A stretch of DNA of 64,000 bases from contig JAFXCD010000037.1 in NCBI GenBank assembly GCA_017521605.1, positions 4,002 to 68,001 of the forward strand, in the 5' to 3' direction. A program made the position numbers and the translations under genes. The notes under the pieces are model-generated. The model was not told where the DNA came from. It did no database searches and saw only the letters and a list, made by a program, of their open reading frames with translations. The DNA comes from Lachnospiraceae bacterium. GTDB lineage: Bacteria; Bacillota; Clostridia; Lachnospirales; Lachnospiraceae. Below, in pieces: positions 39,450 to 50,564 of the stretch; within the stretch, counting starts at the first letter, position 1; each line of letters begins with the position of its first letter.

Positions 39450-39758
39450 ATGTTAACACAGGATAAATTACAGGAAACCATTGATAGAATCACTAAGATG
39501 GAGTTTTATTTTGACACCATACAAAAAGCCCTGGAAATCAACTCCGACTTATTAAAAAAAGAAGCTCCCTTAAGTCTTATGCTGCAGGAGCTCACAGAAT
39601 ACTATGAAAATGGTCAGTGGATGGATGATTATGAGGCCGATGAAGCAGGTCTGTTGCCCCAGAATCTAAAGCGTGGAGTGCTATCCGAAGATGGTGTTTA
39701 CAATCTGCTGTTTGATATTGAACAGGCAAACTCCAAGGAACTGGATTATGACATATAA
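39450..39758 (+). CDS. DUF4298-like protein
   Basis: LTEYY...WMDDYEADE...KRGVLSEDGVYNLL. Confidence 0.8.
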   Translation: MLTQDKLQETIDRITKMEFYFDTIQKALEINSDLLKKEAPLSLMLQELTEYYENGQWMDDYEADEAGLLPQNLKRGVLSEDGVYNLLFDIEQANSKELDYDI

Positions 39759-39780
39759 AATATTCATTAGGTTTGGAGTA

Positions 39781-40605
39781 TTATACACTCTTTTCCACAT
39801 CATATTTTTTATTAAACCTATCCAGCAAAACAGCCGCCATAATACCAACTGTCAAGCACAATATGTTCACAATAAAGCTTACTGAGGATTCCACAAAACT
39901 CTTAAAGGGAATAATCATAATAGTTGCAGCAATAACCACTCCCACGATGGCATGAAAAGCCACGGAATAATGCTTTTGAAACAAGATGCTTACTGCTTTT
40001 GAGAAAAGAATCACTGTTGCCAGGGTACCAAGTCCTCCGGGTATCAAAACACCTAAGTCCATATGCCCGATACCCGCCACAAAGGGCTCATACAACCCTA
40101 ACGGCATCAGCAGGGTGGAAAAACTCATCCCTGGTGCTATGACACTAAGTGCCAGACAGAAACCACAAAATACATACCAGCCAAAGCTTGGTGTAATCAC
40201 CACCTTCAAAACCTGTAGTGCCACCAGCAGACTGAATACCAGTATCATAGACACATACATAGATACATAGGAGGCATACTGCCGTCCTTGTTCTCCTGCC
40301 TCCCGATACAAAGTCGGTAACATTCCCCCTATTAATCCCACAAACAGGCATACTGATGGTTCCGGATACCTTTCCAGCAGAACAGACAACACATTGGCAA
40401 TCCCCAGAAAACCAATAATGCCCCCCAGACCTACCGGTATCAGCTTCGGTACATGGGTCCTAAAATTGTGAAAAGGCTTTGCCAGTAACTCCATAATGGT
40501 CTTATAAATGCCAAAAATCACACAAAGCACACCCCCGGAAATCCCCGGAAGCACAGCTCCCAAACCTATGAATACACCTTGAAACAACCGGATAAAAAAT
40601 TGCAT
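39781..40605 (-). CDS. DUF368 membrane protein
   Basis: Duplicated PGISGG / PGMS motifs; multi-TM. Confidence 0.88.
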   Translation of the reverse strand: MQFFIRLFQGVFIGLGAVLPGISGGVLCVIFGIYKTIMELLAKPFHNFRTHVPKLIPVGLGGIIGFLGIANVLSVLLERYPEPSVCLFVGLIGGMLPTLYREAGEQGRQYASYVSMYVSMILVFSLLVALQVLKVVITPSFGWYVFCGFCLALSVIAPGMSFSTLLMPLGLYEPFVAGIGHMDLGVLIPGGLGTLATVILFSKAVSILFQKHYSVAFHAIVGVVIAATIMIIPFKSFVESSVSFIVNILCLTVGIMAAVLLDRFNKKYDVEKSV

Positions 40606-40748
40606 ACCCTTCTCCCTAATTTCTAATCCTCTATAGCATATTCTGCTGTTACATAATTAATGCAACACTATCACTTAAGATTGTTCCCCTTTCATGCACA
40701 AGTTAAACTCATATTTAGTATTTTCTTCGCTTTAGGAAAGACTAAGAA

Positions 40749-40780
40749 AAAAAGCACGTAACCTCAAGTCACGTACTTTT
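40749..40780 (-). terminator. Probable terminator after the oxidoreductase
   Basis: AAAAGCACGT/ACGTACTTTT imperfect stem with T-tract on the minus strand. Confidence 0.55.
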
Positions 40781-40813
40781 CTGATATTAACTATTATTTA
40801 TACTTCTATACAT

Positions 40814-41785
40814 TCAGTCCTCACAAGGATACTTCATACCCCACTGACCGCGAATCTCATCCAAAAGCTCCATAAGCTTCAAGGTCTCACTATGAGGCAT
40901 CTCCTCGCACTCCAGCCTGCCTGCTTTTAAAGCCTCCATACAAGCCCTTACTTCATATTCATAACCGGTAATCTGCTTGGGAATCTCTATATTCCGAATC
41001 ACCTGTCTGTCCCTGTTGAAAACCAATATTTCCTCCGGATTAATGGCACCCTTTACGGCTATGTAACCTTCCCTTCCGTAAATCACACCACCACCCATCA
41101 TCTGGGCACGCATATCGCTATGAAGAAGTGCCAACACATTATTCTCAAAGGTCAGCGTCATACTATTTGTCATATCCACTCCTGCCTCGGTTTGTATGGA
41201 CACTGCGGATACATTTTTCACATCCCCCTTTACATACATAAGGGCAAAGTTAATGGGATACACACCCAAATCCAAAAGGGCACCTCCTGCCAGCTCCGGC
41301 TTCACCAGACGCTCTCTGTTTTCCAAAGAGGCACCGAAATTGGACATAACCGAGGTCACTTCCCCAATAATACCACTGTCTATCAAATCCATAATCATCT
41401 TCCGTGAAGGCATATATCTGGTCCAAAAAGCCTCTGCCAGAAACACCTTCTTTTCACGAGCCAGATCTACCAGTTCTCTTGCCTGCTTTGCATTAACTGT
41501 AAAGGCCTTTTCCACCAATACGGGCTTGCCATGCTCTAAGCACAGCTTGGCACATTCATAATGATGAGAATGTGGGGTAGCCACATAAATCAGCTCCACC
41601 TCTTCATCCCTCACCAGCTCTTCATAAGAACCATATGCCTTCTGAAAACCGTACTTTTCTGCAAAAGCCTTTGCCTTCTCTTCACTTCTGGAAGCCACTG
41701 CGTAGCTTTCCACCTCCGGCATTTCTGCGATAGTTCTTGCCATCACATCTGCAATCCAGCCGGTTGCCATAATCCCCATTTTCAT
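40814..41785 (-). CDS. Gfo/Idh/MocA oxidoreductase
   Basis: YVATPHSHH, VEKAF, GGALLDLGVY. Confidence 0.92.
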   Translation of the reverse strand: MKMGIMATGWIADVMARTIAEMPEVESYAVASRSEEKAKAFAEKYGFQKAYGSYEELVRDEEVELIYVATPHSHHYECAKLCLEHGKPVLVEKAFTVNAKQARELVDLAREKKVFLAEAFWTRYMPSRKMIMDLIDSGIIGEVTSVMSNFGASLENRERLVKPELAGGALLDLGVYPINFALMYVKGDVKNVSAVSIQTEAGVDMTNSMTLTFENNVLALLHSDMRAQMMGGGVIYGREGYIAVKGAINPEEILVFNRDRQVIRNIEIPKQITGYEYEVRACMEALKAGRLECEEMPHSETLKLMELLDEIRGQWGMKYPCED

Positions 41786-41814
41786 AATGTTCCCCTATCC
41801 TTTCTCTTTACAAT

Positions 41815-42237
41815 TTATGTGTTATCCTGTAACTTTGTCAATTTCTGACTAAGCTGCTTCATCACTTCACCAAACTCTTCCTGCTCCCCTTCATAGGACC
41901 AGTCATGATCTTCGATTAACACTTCTGCTTCCTGAAGCAGTTCCTGTAACACCTTTACATAAGGCTTCAGCAATCTATCCTCTACCCTTGTCAATGCCTC
42001 CAGTAGCTGACCATCATATGCATCTCCTACATAGATATCTTCCAACACCCATTTAACTGCACTCAGAAGTGCCACCTCAGGCAATACATTCTGGCGCAAC
42101 ATTCTCAATACATCAAAAACTGTCAGCTCACCGACTTCCTTATCCAGCAATTCATTATACCATTCCTGTAAAGGAAACAATTCCTCTGATGTATCATATT
42201 CCAGATGAAACTGTTGCTTAATGGTCTTCTTTTCCAT
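41815..42237 (-). CDS. CdiI-like immunity protein
   Basis: LLDKEVGELTVFDVLRMLRQ...GDAYDGQLLEAL pattern. Confidence 0.7.
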   Translation of the reverse strand: MEKKTIKQQFHLEYDTSEELFPLQEWYNELLDKEVGELTVFDVLRMLRQNVLPEVALLSAVKWVLEDIYVGDAYDGQLLEALTRVEDRLLKPYVKVLQELLQEAEVLIEDHDWSYEGEQEEFGEVMKQLSQKLTKLQDNT

Positions 42238-42256
42238 CTATGTTATATCCCCCTTC

Positions 42257-44089
42257 TTACTCCTTCTGTGCATTATACAGGGTGCTGTAGAAACCACCTA
42301 AATTTATCAGTTCCTCATGGTTACCCTTCTCCGTAATCTTACCCTGCTGCAACACCAGGATGCAATCCGCATTTTGAATAGTTGACAGTCGATGAGCAAT
42401 GACGAAACAGGTACGATTCTTCATAAGCTCATTCATAGCCTCCTGTATCTTCATCTCCGTGCGGGAGTCTACATTGGAGGTAGCTTCGTCCAAAATTAAC
42501 ATAGGTGAATCTGATAATAATGCTCTGGCAATGGTAATCAGCTGGCGCTGACCCTTGGAAATATTGATACCTTCATCAGACAAAATGGTATCATATCCTT
42601 CCGGTAAATGCTCGATATAAGAATCGATTCTGGCCGCCTTTGCTGCTGCCTTAACCTCCTCCATAGTGGCATTCTCTTTACCATAGCGAATGTTTTCATA
42701 AATACTACCCTGGAACAACCAGGTATCCTGCAGCACCATGGTATAGGCCTTTCGCAGGTCTTCTCGCTTCACACTGCAAATCTCCTTTCCATCCACGGTG
42801 ATGGTACCACTGTTCACATCATAGAAACGCATAAGCAGATTGATAATTGTGGTCTTTCCTGCACCGGTAGGTCCTACGATAGCAATGGTCTGTCCCGGAC
42901 TTACATCCACAGAAATATCCTGAAGTATCTTTTTCTCCGGTACATAGCCGAAATCCACATGACGGAAAATCACTTCTCCCTCTACATCATTCAATGGCAG
43001 AGCATTTTCCACATCTGCCGGCTCCGGTCCTTCATCAATAATACGGAATACTCTCTCCGCTGCGGAAAATGCAGATTGGAACTCATGGATAATATTGGCA
43101 AATTCATTTATCGGACCGGCAAACTTTCTGGAATACTGTACAAACTGTGCCACACCACCCAGTGTAATAAAGAACAGAGAGGTTTCGGCCACCGTTCCAC
43201 TCTGGGAAAACATATATAAAATACCACCCAAAATCATAACCAGGGAAATGGACAGATTATTAATAAAGTTTACGGAAGGTCCCATGGTAGCACTGTAATA
43301 TTCTGCTGAATAGTAAGCATCCATAGCTTCTGTATTTCGCTTATTAAACCTCTCTCCGATTACCTCCTCACGTCCATATGCCGCAATGGTACGACAACCG
43401 GAAAGCATTTCCTCCGCATAGCCGTTCAGCTCTCCCAGCTTCTGGGAACGCTTAGAAAACAGCGGGCGTACCTTCTTGGAACGATATCTTGTAAAAATAA
43501 TAGAAATCGGCACAGTAATTGCAAATACCAAAATCATGGGTTTACTGATATTCCACATGAAAATCAGGGAGCCCAGCACCGTATAAATACTGGTCATGAC
43601 CTGCACCAAATCATGGGACAGGGAGCTGTTCACTGTATCAATATCATAGGAGATACGGCTGATAATATCGCCCACCGGATGGGTATCAAAATAGTTTACC
43701 GGTAGTGACGTCAGCTTTTCAAACAACTGCTTACGCATGGTATAAACAATTCTCTGGCTTAAATGAATCATCAGAACTGCCATGCCATAAGCCAAAATAG
43801 CTGATCCTATATAGCAAATCAGCATCTTTCCTACGTTCACCCACACTGCATCAAAATTCACACCACCGGGTGCAGACATGGCATCAATGGCCTCACCGGA
43901 GTACATAGGACCCAAAAGGGACAACTGATTAGATAATAATGTCAATACAATGGCTACTAAAAACAGGGGCCACTGCTGCATTACATATTCCCCCAGACGT
44001 AACAATACGTCCTTGGTTCTTTTCTTGCCCAGTTTCCCTCCCTGGGCGTGCTTGTTGGGGTTATTCTCTGTTCTTGGGTCTCTTCCCAT
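42257..44089 (-). CDS. Heterodimeric ABC exporter subunit (TMD+NBD)
   Basis: GPTGAGKT, ISKGQRQ, LDEATS, IAHRL; start MGRDPR at 44089. Confidence 0.93.
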   Translation of the reverse strand: MGRDPRTENNPNKHAQGGKLGKKRTKDVLLRLGEYVMQQWPLFLVAIVLTLLSNQLSLLGPMYSGEAIDAMSAPGGVNFDAVWVNVGKMLICYIGSAILAYGMAVLMIHLSQRIVYTMRKQLFEKLTSLPVNYFDTHPVGDIISRISYDIDTVNSSLSHDLVQVMTSIYTVLGSLIFMWNISKPMILVFAITVPISIIFTRYRSKKVRPLFSKRSQKLGELNGYAEEMLSGCRTIAAYGREEVIGERFNKRNTEAMDAYYSAEYYSATMGPSVNFINNLSISLVMILGGILYMFSQSGTVAETSLFFITLGGVAQFVQYSRKFAGPINEFANIIHEFQSAFSAAERVFRIIDEGPEPADVENALPLNDVEGEVIFRHVDFGYVPEKKILQDISVDVSPGQTIAIVGPTGAGKTTIINLLMRFYDVNSGTITVDGKEICSVKREDLRKAYTMVLQDTWLFQGSIYENIRYGKENATMEEVKAAAKAARIDSYIEHLPEGYDTILSDEGINISKGQRQLITIARALLSDSPMLILDEATSNVDSRTEMKIQEAMNELMKNRTCFVIAHRLSTIQNADCILVLQQGKITEKGNHEELINLGGFYSTLYNAQKE

Positions 44090-44096
44090 ATTTCCT

Positions 44097-45833
44097 CTAC
44101 TCAACGAAAGCACCTCCCATCTGTGAATCACTGATTTCCCTATATTCCGGACAGGCTTCCAAAAGCTCCTCATGGGTACCCTTACCGATGATTTTCCCCT
44201 CCTCCAGCACCAGTATCAGGTCGGAGTTTTTAAGCGAGCTGACACGCTGTGCCACAGTAATAATAGTGGTATCCTTCATATGTTCATTCAATGCCTTACG
44301 TAAATTTGCATCTGTCTTATAATCCAGCGCCGAAGAGCTGTCATCCAGTATGAGAATATCCGGATTTCCTGCAATGGCACGGGCAATCAAAAGTCTCTGC
44401 TTCTGTCCTCCGGAAATATTTGTTGCCTTAGAAGAAAGCATATGCTCATAGCCATCCTTAAAGGAGGTTATAAAGTCATGGGCCTGCGCCACCTTTGCCG
44501 CCTGTTCTATCTGCTCCCTACTTAAATCCCTACCGAAACGGATGTTTTCATAAATCGTGTCTGCATAGAGAAAATCATATTGCATGGCAGTACCGAACAT
44601 TGCACAAAATTCCTCAGAGGGGATAGTACGGATATCTCTTCCGTTTATGTAAATAGCTCCTTTGCTTACATCATAAAAACGCAGTAACAGTTTTACCAAT
44701 GTAGACTTACCGCTACCGGTAGCACCGATGATACCCAAGGTACCGCCTTTAGGCAGCTCCAAAAAAATATCTTCTAAGTTGTTTAACTTCCCTAAATAAG
44801 AAAAGTCTACTTTATCAAAAAAGATATGAGCCTTGGTATCACATGCAGGGTAGTCCTTTTCCTCCTGTACCACCAAATCCTCGGGAGCGTCCATAACCTC
44901 TGCAATACGGTTAGCAGAAGCGGCACTCTTGGTGAACATAACAAACATACGGGACATAACCATCATAGCCATGGAAATCAAAGTAAAATACTGCATAAAA
45001 GCAATAACCGTCTCGGGGTCTGACTGGTGATTTGCCACACGGGAAGCACTCAAAGCTACTACCGCCACAATACCACTGTTCATCAGCAGGGTCATGACAG
45101 GATTCACGGAACCCATAATGATTCCTGCCCGCTTTTCGTCCTTAACCAAAGACTGATTCACACCATCATATCGCCTGTGCTCATAATCTGTCTTAGACAA
45201 AGCCTTAATCACCCGGATGCCCTGTACATCCTCACGAACCACACGGACCATTTTGTCCACGGACTGCTGTACTTTTGTGTAAAGAGGCACACCCTTTCGG
45301 GAAATAAAATAAATAATTCCAAAGATTATAGGCATGGTAATCAACATAACCATGGACAAATACCAGTCCATAATCATGGTAATCACTGCACCGCCAATGA
45401 GCAAAATCGGTGCACGCACGCCCATTCTCTGCATCATAGCAACAAAGTTATGAATATTGTAGGTATCTGTAGTAATGCGTGACTCCAAAGAGGGAATGGT
45501 GAATTTATCCACCTGAGCCGGTGAAAGCTGTAGCATTCTGGCAAATAAGTCCTTCCTTACTTTTTCAGAGAAATCCCTTGCCACCTTGGAAGCCATACGA
45601 TTGGCCACCACATTAAACACACAGGCACATCCTGCACAGGCCACCATCAAAAGCCCCCAATACACTACATCCTGTATTTTTTCACTTACTACTACTTCCT
45701 TCAAAATATGGCTGAGTATATAGGGCAAAAACAGCTCCACTACGGTTCCCAAAACTTTAATAGTAAATCCAATGGACATTCTCTTTCCAAATGGCTTCAA
45801 ATACTTAATAATAAATTTCATAGTACTCTCCAT
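44097..45833 (-). CDS. Heterodimeric ABC exporter subunit with degenerate site
   Basis: GATGSGKS, ISGGQKQR, LDDSSS, VAQR. Confidence 0.93.
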   Translation of the reverse strand: MESTMKFIIKYLKPFGKRMSIGFTIKVLGTVVELFLPYILSHILKEVVVSEKIQDVVYWGLLMVACAGCACVFNVVANRMASKVARDFSEKVRKDLFARMLQLSPAQVDKFTIPSLESRITTDTYNIHNFVAMMQRMGVRAPILLIGGAVITMIMDWYLSMVMLITMPIIFGIIYFISRKGVPLYTKVQQSVDKMVRVVREDVQGIRVIKALSKTDYEHRRYDGVNQSLVKDEKRAGIIMGSVNPVMTLLMNSGIVAVVALSASRVANHQSDPETVIAFMQYFTLISMAMMVMSRMFVMFTKSAASANRIAEVMDAPEDLVVQEEKDYPACDTKAHIFFDKVDFSYLGKLNNLEDIFLELPKGGTLGIIGATGSGKSTLVKLLLRFYDVSKGAIYINGRDIRTIPSEEFCAMFGTAMQYDFLYADTIYENIRFGRDLSREQIEQAAKVAQAHDFITSFKDGYEHMLSSKATNISGGQKQRLLIARAIAGNPDILILDDSSSALDYKTDANLRKALNEHMKDTTIITVAQRVSSLKNSDLILVLEEGKIIGKGTHEELLEACPEYREISDSQMGGAFVE

Positions 45834-45977
45834 CCCTTTTTCTCTTTTACGCACTCATTTATCATAACACACCTACTTTTATCCCGCAAGAATTCTAATC
45901 TGAAAAACTATAGCCACTTTTCTCACATTCTGTTAAAATGATAAGAAGCAATTACCTAAAGACAGGAGCGTTTTTTT

Positions 45978-46868
45978 ATGAACCGCACTCTAACTTATCC
46001 TATAACTGAACAATATGCCTCTCAAACCATAGAACAATTCTTAAGAGGAAAAAGCTATTCCTCCCAATGTATCAAAGAACTGAAAAAGCTTCCTGTGAAC
46101 ATTCTGATAGATGGCACTCCAAAATACATGAAGCATCTTTTACAGGCAGGTGAAACTCTCACGGTTCATATACAGGAGGAAATCTCATCAGAAAAGATTC
46201 CTCCGGTGGAACTGCCTCTGGATATTATCTACGAGGATGAGGACCTGTTGGTGGTAAACAAACCTGCTGATATGCCCATTCACCCTTCATTAAATAATTA
46301 CGAGAACTCTCTGGCCAATGCCTTGGCCTGGTACTTTGAAAAACAAAACAAGCCCTTTGTATTCCGTTGTATCAATCGTCTGGATAGGGACACCTCAGGA
46401 CTGACCATCGTTGCCAAGCATATGCTCAGCGGCGGTATCCTATCCTCCATGGTGGCTGAAAGAACCATCCACAGGGAATATGTGGCTATTGTTCGTGGGA
46501 TTATCCTTCCGGAAAGCGGAACCATAGATGCTCCCATTGGCCGTAAGGGTGATTCCATCATCGAAAGGCAAATTGACTATACATGCGGAGAACGGGCCAT
46601 TACACATTACACGCTAAAAGCATATAAAAATGGGCACAGCCTGCTTTCCATTCACTTGGAAACAGGCCGTACCCATCAGATACGTGTTCATATGAAACAT
46701 ATCGGTTTTCCTTTAATAGGAGACCATCTTTATAATCCGGATATGGCATATATAAGTCGACAGGCATTGCACTCTCACCGCCTGCAATTTACTCACCCAA
46801 TCACCGGGGAGTACATGGACTTTACTGCGCCCTTACCGGAGGATATGTGCCGGGTTTTGGAGTCTTAG
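45978..46868 (+). CDS. RluA-family pseudouridine synthase
   Basis: VNKP, NRLDRDTSG, TGRTHQIR. Confidence 0.93.
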   Translation: MNRTLTYPITEQYASQTIEQFLRGKSYSSQCIKELKKLPVNILIDGTPKYMKHLLQAGETLTVHIQEEISSEKIPPVELPLDIIYEDEDLLVVNKPADMPIHPSLNNYENSLANALAWYFEKQNKPFVFRCINRLDRDTSGLTIVAKHMLSGGILSSMVAERTIHREYVAIVRGIILPESGTIDAPIGRKGDSIIERQIDYTCGERAITHYTLKAYKNGHSLLSIHLETGRTHQIRVHMKHIGFPLIGDHLYNPDMAYISRQALHSHRLQFTHPITGEYMDFTAPLPEDMCRVLES

Positions 46869-47548
46869 TCCACCACTTCTATGGTTTCAATGACCGGACG
46901 GTTTCCGGTAGGGATAATGCCATTGTAATCACCGCCCCTGGTGTTTTTACAAATATCATCCACAATATCCATACCCTCAGTCACATAGCCAAAGCATGCA
47001 TAATCACCGTCCAGATAATCTGAATCCTGTTGTACAATAAAAAACTGTGAACTGGCACTATCCATTTCTGTAGCTCGAGCCATGGATATGGCACCACGTG
47101 TGTGCTTAAGGGAATTAGCCACTCCATTAGCAGCAAATTCACCTTTTATATTATTCTCTGCTCCTCCCATTCCGGTACCGGTAGGGTCACCACCCTGCAT
47201 CATGAATCCATCGATAATTCTATGGAATGTCACTCCATCATAAAAACCTTCCTTGGCCAGATTCACAAAATTAGTTACAGTAATGGGTGCTGCATCTGCA
47301 TCCAACTCTACTACAATGGTACCCTTATCCTTAATTACAATGTTTACATGATGCTTACCTGAAAGATACTCTCCAACAGTTTCAACTGCTGTTTCTTTAG
47401 AAACTTCTTGGGATACACTACTTTCCTTGGCAGTGAATTGGTCTTTTTCCTTATCGGAAGTGGTGCTCGTTTTCTCGCCACAACCTGCCAGCAGCATGAC
47501 CATGGTACATACTAATACAACTACTCTTAACAATATACTCTTTTTCAT
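46865..47548 (-). CDS. Cyclophilin-type PPIase lipoprotein
   Basis: LAGC lipobox; FHRII, QGGDP, SMAR, SQFFI. Confidence 0.92.
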   Translation of the reverse strand: MKKSILLRVVVLVCTMVMLLAGCGEKTSTTSDKEKDQFTAKESSVSQEVSKETAVETVGEYLSGKHHVNIVIKDKGTIVVELDADAAPITVTNFVNLAKEGFYDGVTFHRIIDGFMMQGGDPTGTGMGGAENNIKGEFAANGVANSLKHTRGAISMARATEMDSASSQFFIVQQDSDYLDGDYACFGYVTEGMDIVDDICKNTRGGDYNGIIPTGNRPVIETIEVVD

Positions 47549-47615
47549 AACTTACTCCTCTTTTCTGTTAATTTACCTTGTTTATCATAACAATACTATT
47601 AGACTTTTACCAGTG

Positions 47616-49289
47616 TTAATTATTCTTTTTCTGTACCTTCTCCCTCACAAAAGCCTCTCCCATACCCAGCACTATAAAAATAGTTACTGCACTTAGGGCC
47701 TGTTGGAAACTAAAAAGATTATTAATAGTATATGCCAGTATAGCAAAACCGCAGGCACCTGCCATGGCATTGTCCTTACCTGCTCTAAAACAACGTACAA
47801 TAGCTGTTACAAACAGTCCGACATAACAAATCATTCCCAACAAACCATTATTCACCAAAACTGTCAGCCACTCACAATGCGCATTGGTAAGCAAACTACC
47901 TCCAAAACATTCCTCCTTCATAGTAAGTAATGCCGGGTTGGCACCACTTTGTATATACATTGCCATACTATCCGGTCCTACTCCCAACAGCTTCCCCACA
48001 AAATCCTGGTCTACAAAACACTGCACTCCTGCTGCCCAGGTGGCACCTCGATAACTGCCCCAATGCAAGTCAAACTTTAGTGCAGATACTTCAGACAATC
48101 CCCCCAGACTACCGGGATATCTGGTATTTACCACACCCAGCACTACAAAAGTCACCAGAGACACACACGCTATTCCACAAGCCACATATCCTAACAAAGT
48201 AAACACTTTCACCAAAGACTTACCCTTCTTTTTCAAGAAAGTGATTAAAAGGTAAACAAAAATAGCTCCCCCTAATATTACAAACGCCAAAGGACTATTT
48301 GTCAATAAATCCACCAGACCATCCGAATAGTTAAAATGTTCCGCCCAAATATACCTGAAACCATAGGTCAAGGTACATATAAATCCCAAACAAATACAGC
48401 AGAAAAAAAACACCAACATATTTTCCACTTTTTTCATAGAAATGAGATACAAAACCAGCATCATCACTACCAAAGTCACCAGGCCGGAACGACTTCCCTG
48501 TGTAACCAAAGTACCATACCCTGCCGTCATCCAAATTCCTAACACAATATTCTGCCAAGTCTTTTTCTCTGACATGGACCAAAAATAATACAATATTCCA
48601 AAGAAAGGAATTACTATGTACCCACAATACCAGTTTATGTTTCCAATTGTAGAAATAAAGGCTACTGTAGTATTTTTCATTTCAAAGGGCCGCACTCCAA
48701 AACGATTTATATAGCCCAATACAAAAACCACAAAGGTTACCGGTATAGAAAGTACAGGCAACCATTTCCTTTTATTCCAGCAACGTGACACTGCAAAATA
48801 AACAGCCACCAGAAACAACTGGGTTCGCATCCCCATAAACCAACGATCCACGCCTTCAAAGGCATTACCAAAATCCGTATCTGTCTTATAATCAGAACAC
48901 AAATAGGATAATACTACTATCACTCCATATCCCAGCACAAACCAGTCCGTCACAGAAATACTCTTAAATATCCTAAAAATTTCTGCCTTCAATCTTCCGA
49001 TTTCCTTATCTCTTCTCATGATACATAACCGTACCACCGGATAGAAGAATGCAAATATCATAAATACAATCCCTGCACCACAGGTTCCTTTATAAAAAAA
49101 CTGGTACTTATCTGAACCAATTTTTGCATATCCATCTGTATAGTAAAAAGGTATGACTACTATCATCAAAAACAGATAGATGGTCACTGCCATATTCAAT
49201 CCCATCTCAATCAATTGTAATATGTCCCTTAACAAATCCGGCTTTGTCTTTTGTTTTCTTTTATTAGATATCACCTTTTGACGTGCCAT
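47616..49289 (-). CDS. O-antigen ligase-like membrane protein
   Basis: Multi-TM; STIGN, GSRS, R..TW, GVGP, AHCEWL. Confidence 0.75.
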   Translation of the reverse strand: MARQKVISNKRKQKTKPDLLRDILQLIEMGLNMAVTIYLFLMIVVIPFYYTDGYAKIGSDKYQFFYKGTCGAGIVFMIFAFFYPVVRLCIMRRDKEIGRLKAEIFRIFKSISVTDWFVLGYGVIVVLSYLCSDYKTDTDFGNAFEGVDRWFMGMRTQLFLVAVYFAVSRCWNKRKWLPVLSIPVTFVVFVLGYINRFGVRPFEMKNTTVAFISTIGNINWYCGYIVIPFFGILYYFWSMSEKKTWQNIVLGIWMTAGYGTLVTQGSRSGLVTLVVMMLVLYLISMKKVENMLVFFFCCICLGFICTLTYGFRYIWAEHFNYSDGLVDLLTNSPLAFVILGGAIFVYLLITFLKKKGKSLVKVFTLLGYVACGIACVSLVTFVVLGVVNTRYPGSLGGLSEVSALKFDLHWGSYRGATWAAGVQCFVDQDFVGKLLGVGPDSMAMYIQSGANPALLTMKEECFGGSLLTNAHCEWLTVLVNNGLLGMICYVGLFVTAIVRCFRAGKDNAMAGACGFAILAYTINNLFSFQQALSAVTIFIVLGMGEAFVREKVQKKNN

Positions 49290-49372
49290 GTTATCCTCCG
49301 TACATTTACATGTTGTTGCCTTCTCTCATACAACATCCATTCTCACCCATTATGATAGTAAATTCCGGATAT

Positions 49373-50455
49373 TTAGTCAACCGCTTTTACCTCCTGCTGC
49401 CCTTCATCCTGTTCCCACTCCCCCTGCTTTTGCAGACTTTGATAGGTCTGCTGCACCAAAATAAAGCCCAGAGGCCCTTTGATAATGCCAAACAAACCAA
49501 ATAGCTGAATTCCTGCATATATGGTTGCTAATACAGCTAATGGTGGAATCCCCATCTTTCCGCCGATAAGCTTGGGCTCCAGTAACTCCCTGATAAAAAT
49601 ACATACTACATATAATCCTAACACCAGTACACCGGCTACATAATCAGCACTGATAAGTTGCATAATTGCCAAAGGTACCAATATAATTCCTGTTCCAAAT
49701 AATGGCAGTGCATCCAATACGCCAGCCAGTATTCCCCAAAACATGCCACTTGGCACCTTTATCATTGTCAATACCAATGAGCAGATACTTCCAATTAACA
49801 ACATAATTAACAGTTGTGCTTTTACAAAAGTTGCTGTATAGCGTATAATGCCACAAATAACATCCAATACCACATGACACTCCTGTCGGTTTAGCATCTG
49901 ATTCATAATACTGTCATAATCCTTTGCCAGGAATACTGTAGAAATAATAAATAAGAGAATAAATCCTCCTATGGTTATCACATGCTTTACATAACGTATG
50001 GAACCGGAAAGTAGCCCGGGAATGGCTTGATTCTCCAAATAATCGGCCCCTTCCTCCATTCGTTCCAAAAGCAACTCTTCCAAATACTCCGTATCCATGC
50101 CGGTAATATTGCTCCCTAAATCACAAAGCTGACGTACAGAAGTAAGTAAGCTGTCCCAAAGTCCATCTATTCCCCTTACCCATTGAGGCAGACTTCCGGC
50201 AACCCATGTAATCAACAGCCATAGTAAAAGCAAAACAATTCCCCCAAATGCCAGAAGTAATAGTACTGCACCTATTTGCCTGTGTATATGAAGCCTGCTT
50301 TGTATTTTCTTAAGCAATGGGCCGAATATAGTAACAAAAAGCATAGCCACCAGCACAGGCGACACCAATGGTACAATATATTGCAGAAAAAAATACACTA
50401 CTCCAATAATTCCGAGTAGTGCAATGACCTGATGCTTCTTCCAAATACTCATCAT
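49373..50455 (-). CDS. AI-2E family transporter (YtvI-like)
   Basis: LDALPLFG, RELLEPKLIG, FGLFGIIKGP. Confidence 0.85.
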   Translation of the reverse strand: MMSIWKKHQVIALLGIIGVVYFFLQYIVPLVSPVLVAMLFVTIFGPLLKKIQSRLHIHRQIGAVLLLLAFGGIVLLLLWLLITWVAGSLPQWVRGIDGLWDSLLTSVRQLCDLGSNITGMDTEYLEELLLERMEEGADYLENQAIPGLLSGSIRYVKHVITIGGFILLFIISTVFLAKDYDSIMNQMLNRQECHVVLDVICGIIRYTATFVKAQLLIMLLIGSICSLVLTMIKVPSGMFWGILAGVLDALPLFGTGIILVPLAIMQLISADYVAGVLVLGLYVVCIFIRELLEPKLIGGKMGIPPLAVLATIYAGIQLFGLFGIIKGPLGFILVQQTYQSLQKQGEWEQDEGQQEVKAVD

Positions 50456-50564
50456 ACCTGCCTCCTTTTGAAACTTACCTTAAGCTTCTTTTTTAGGATT
50501 AGTATGATAAATTATTCTATTTTTATGTTTTTTTTAACCTATCATTTATTGGCAATAATCCTTC

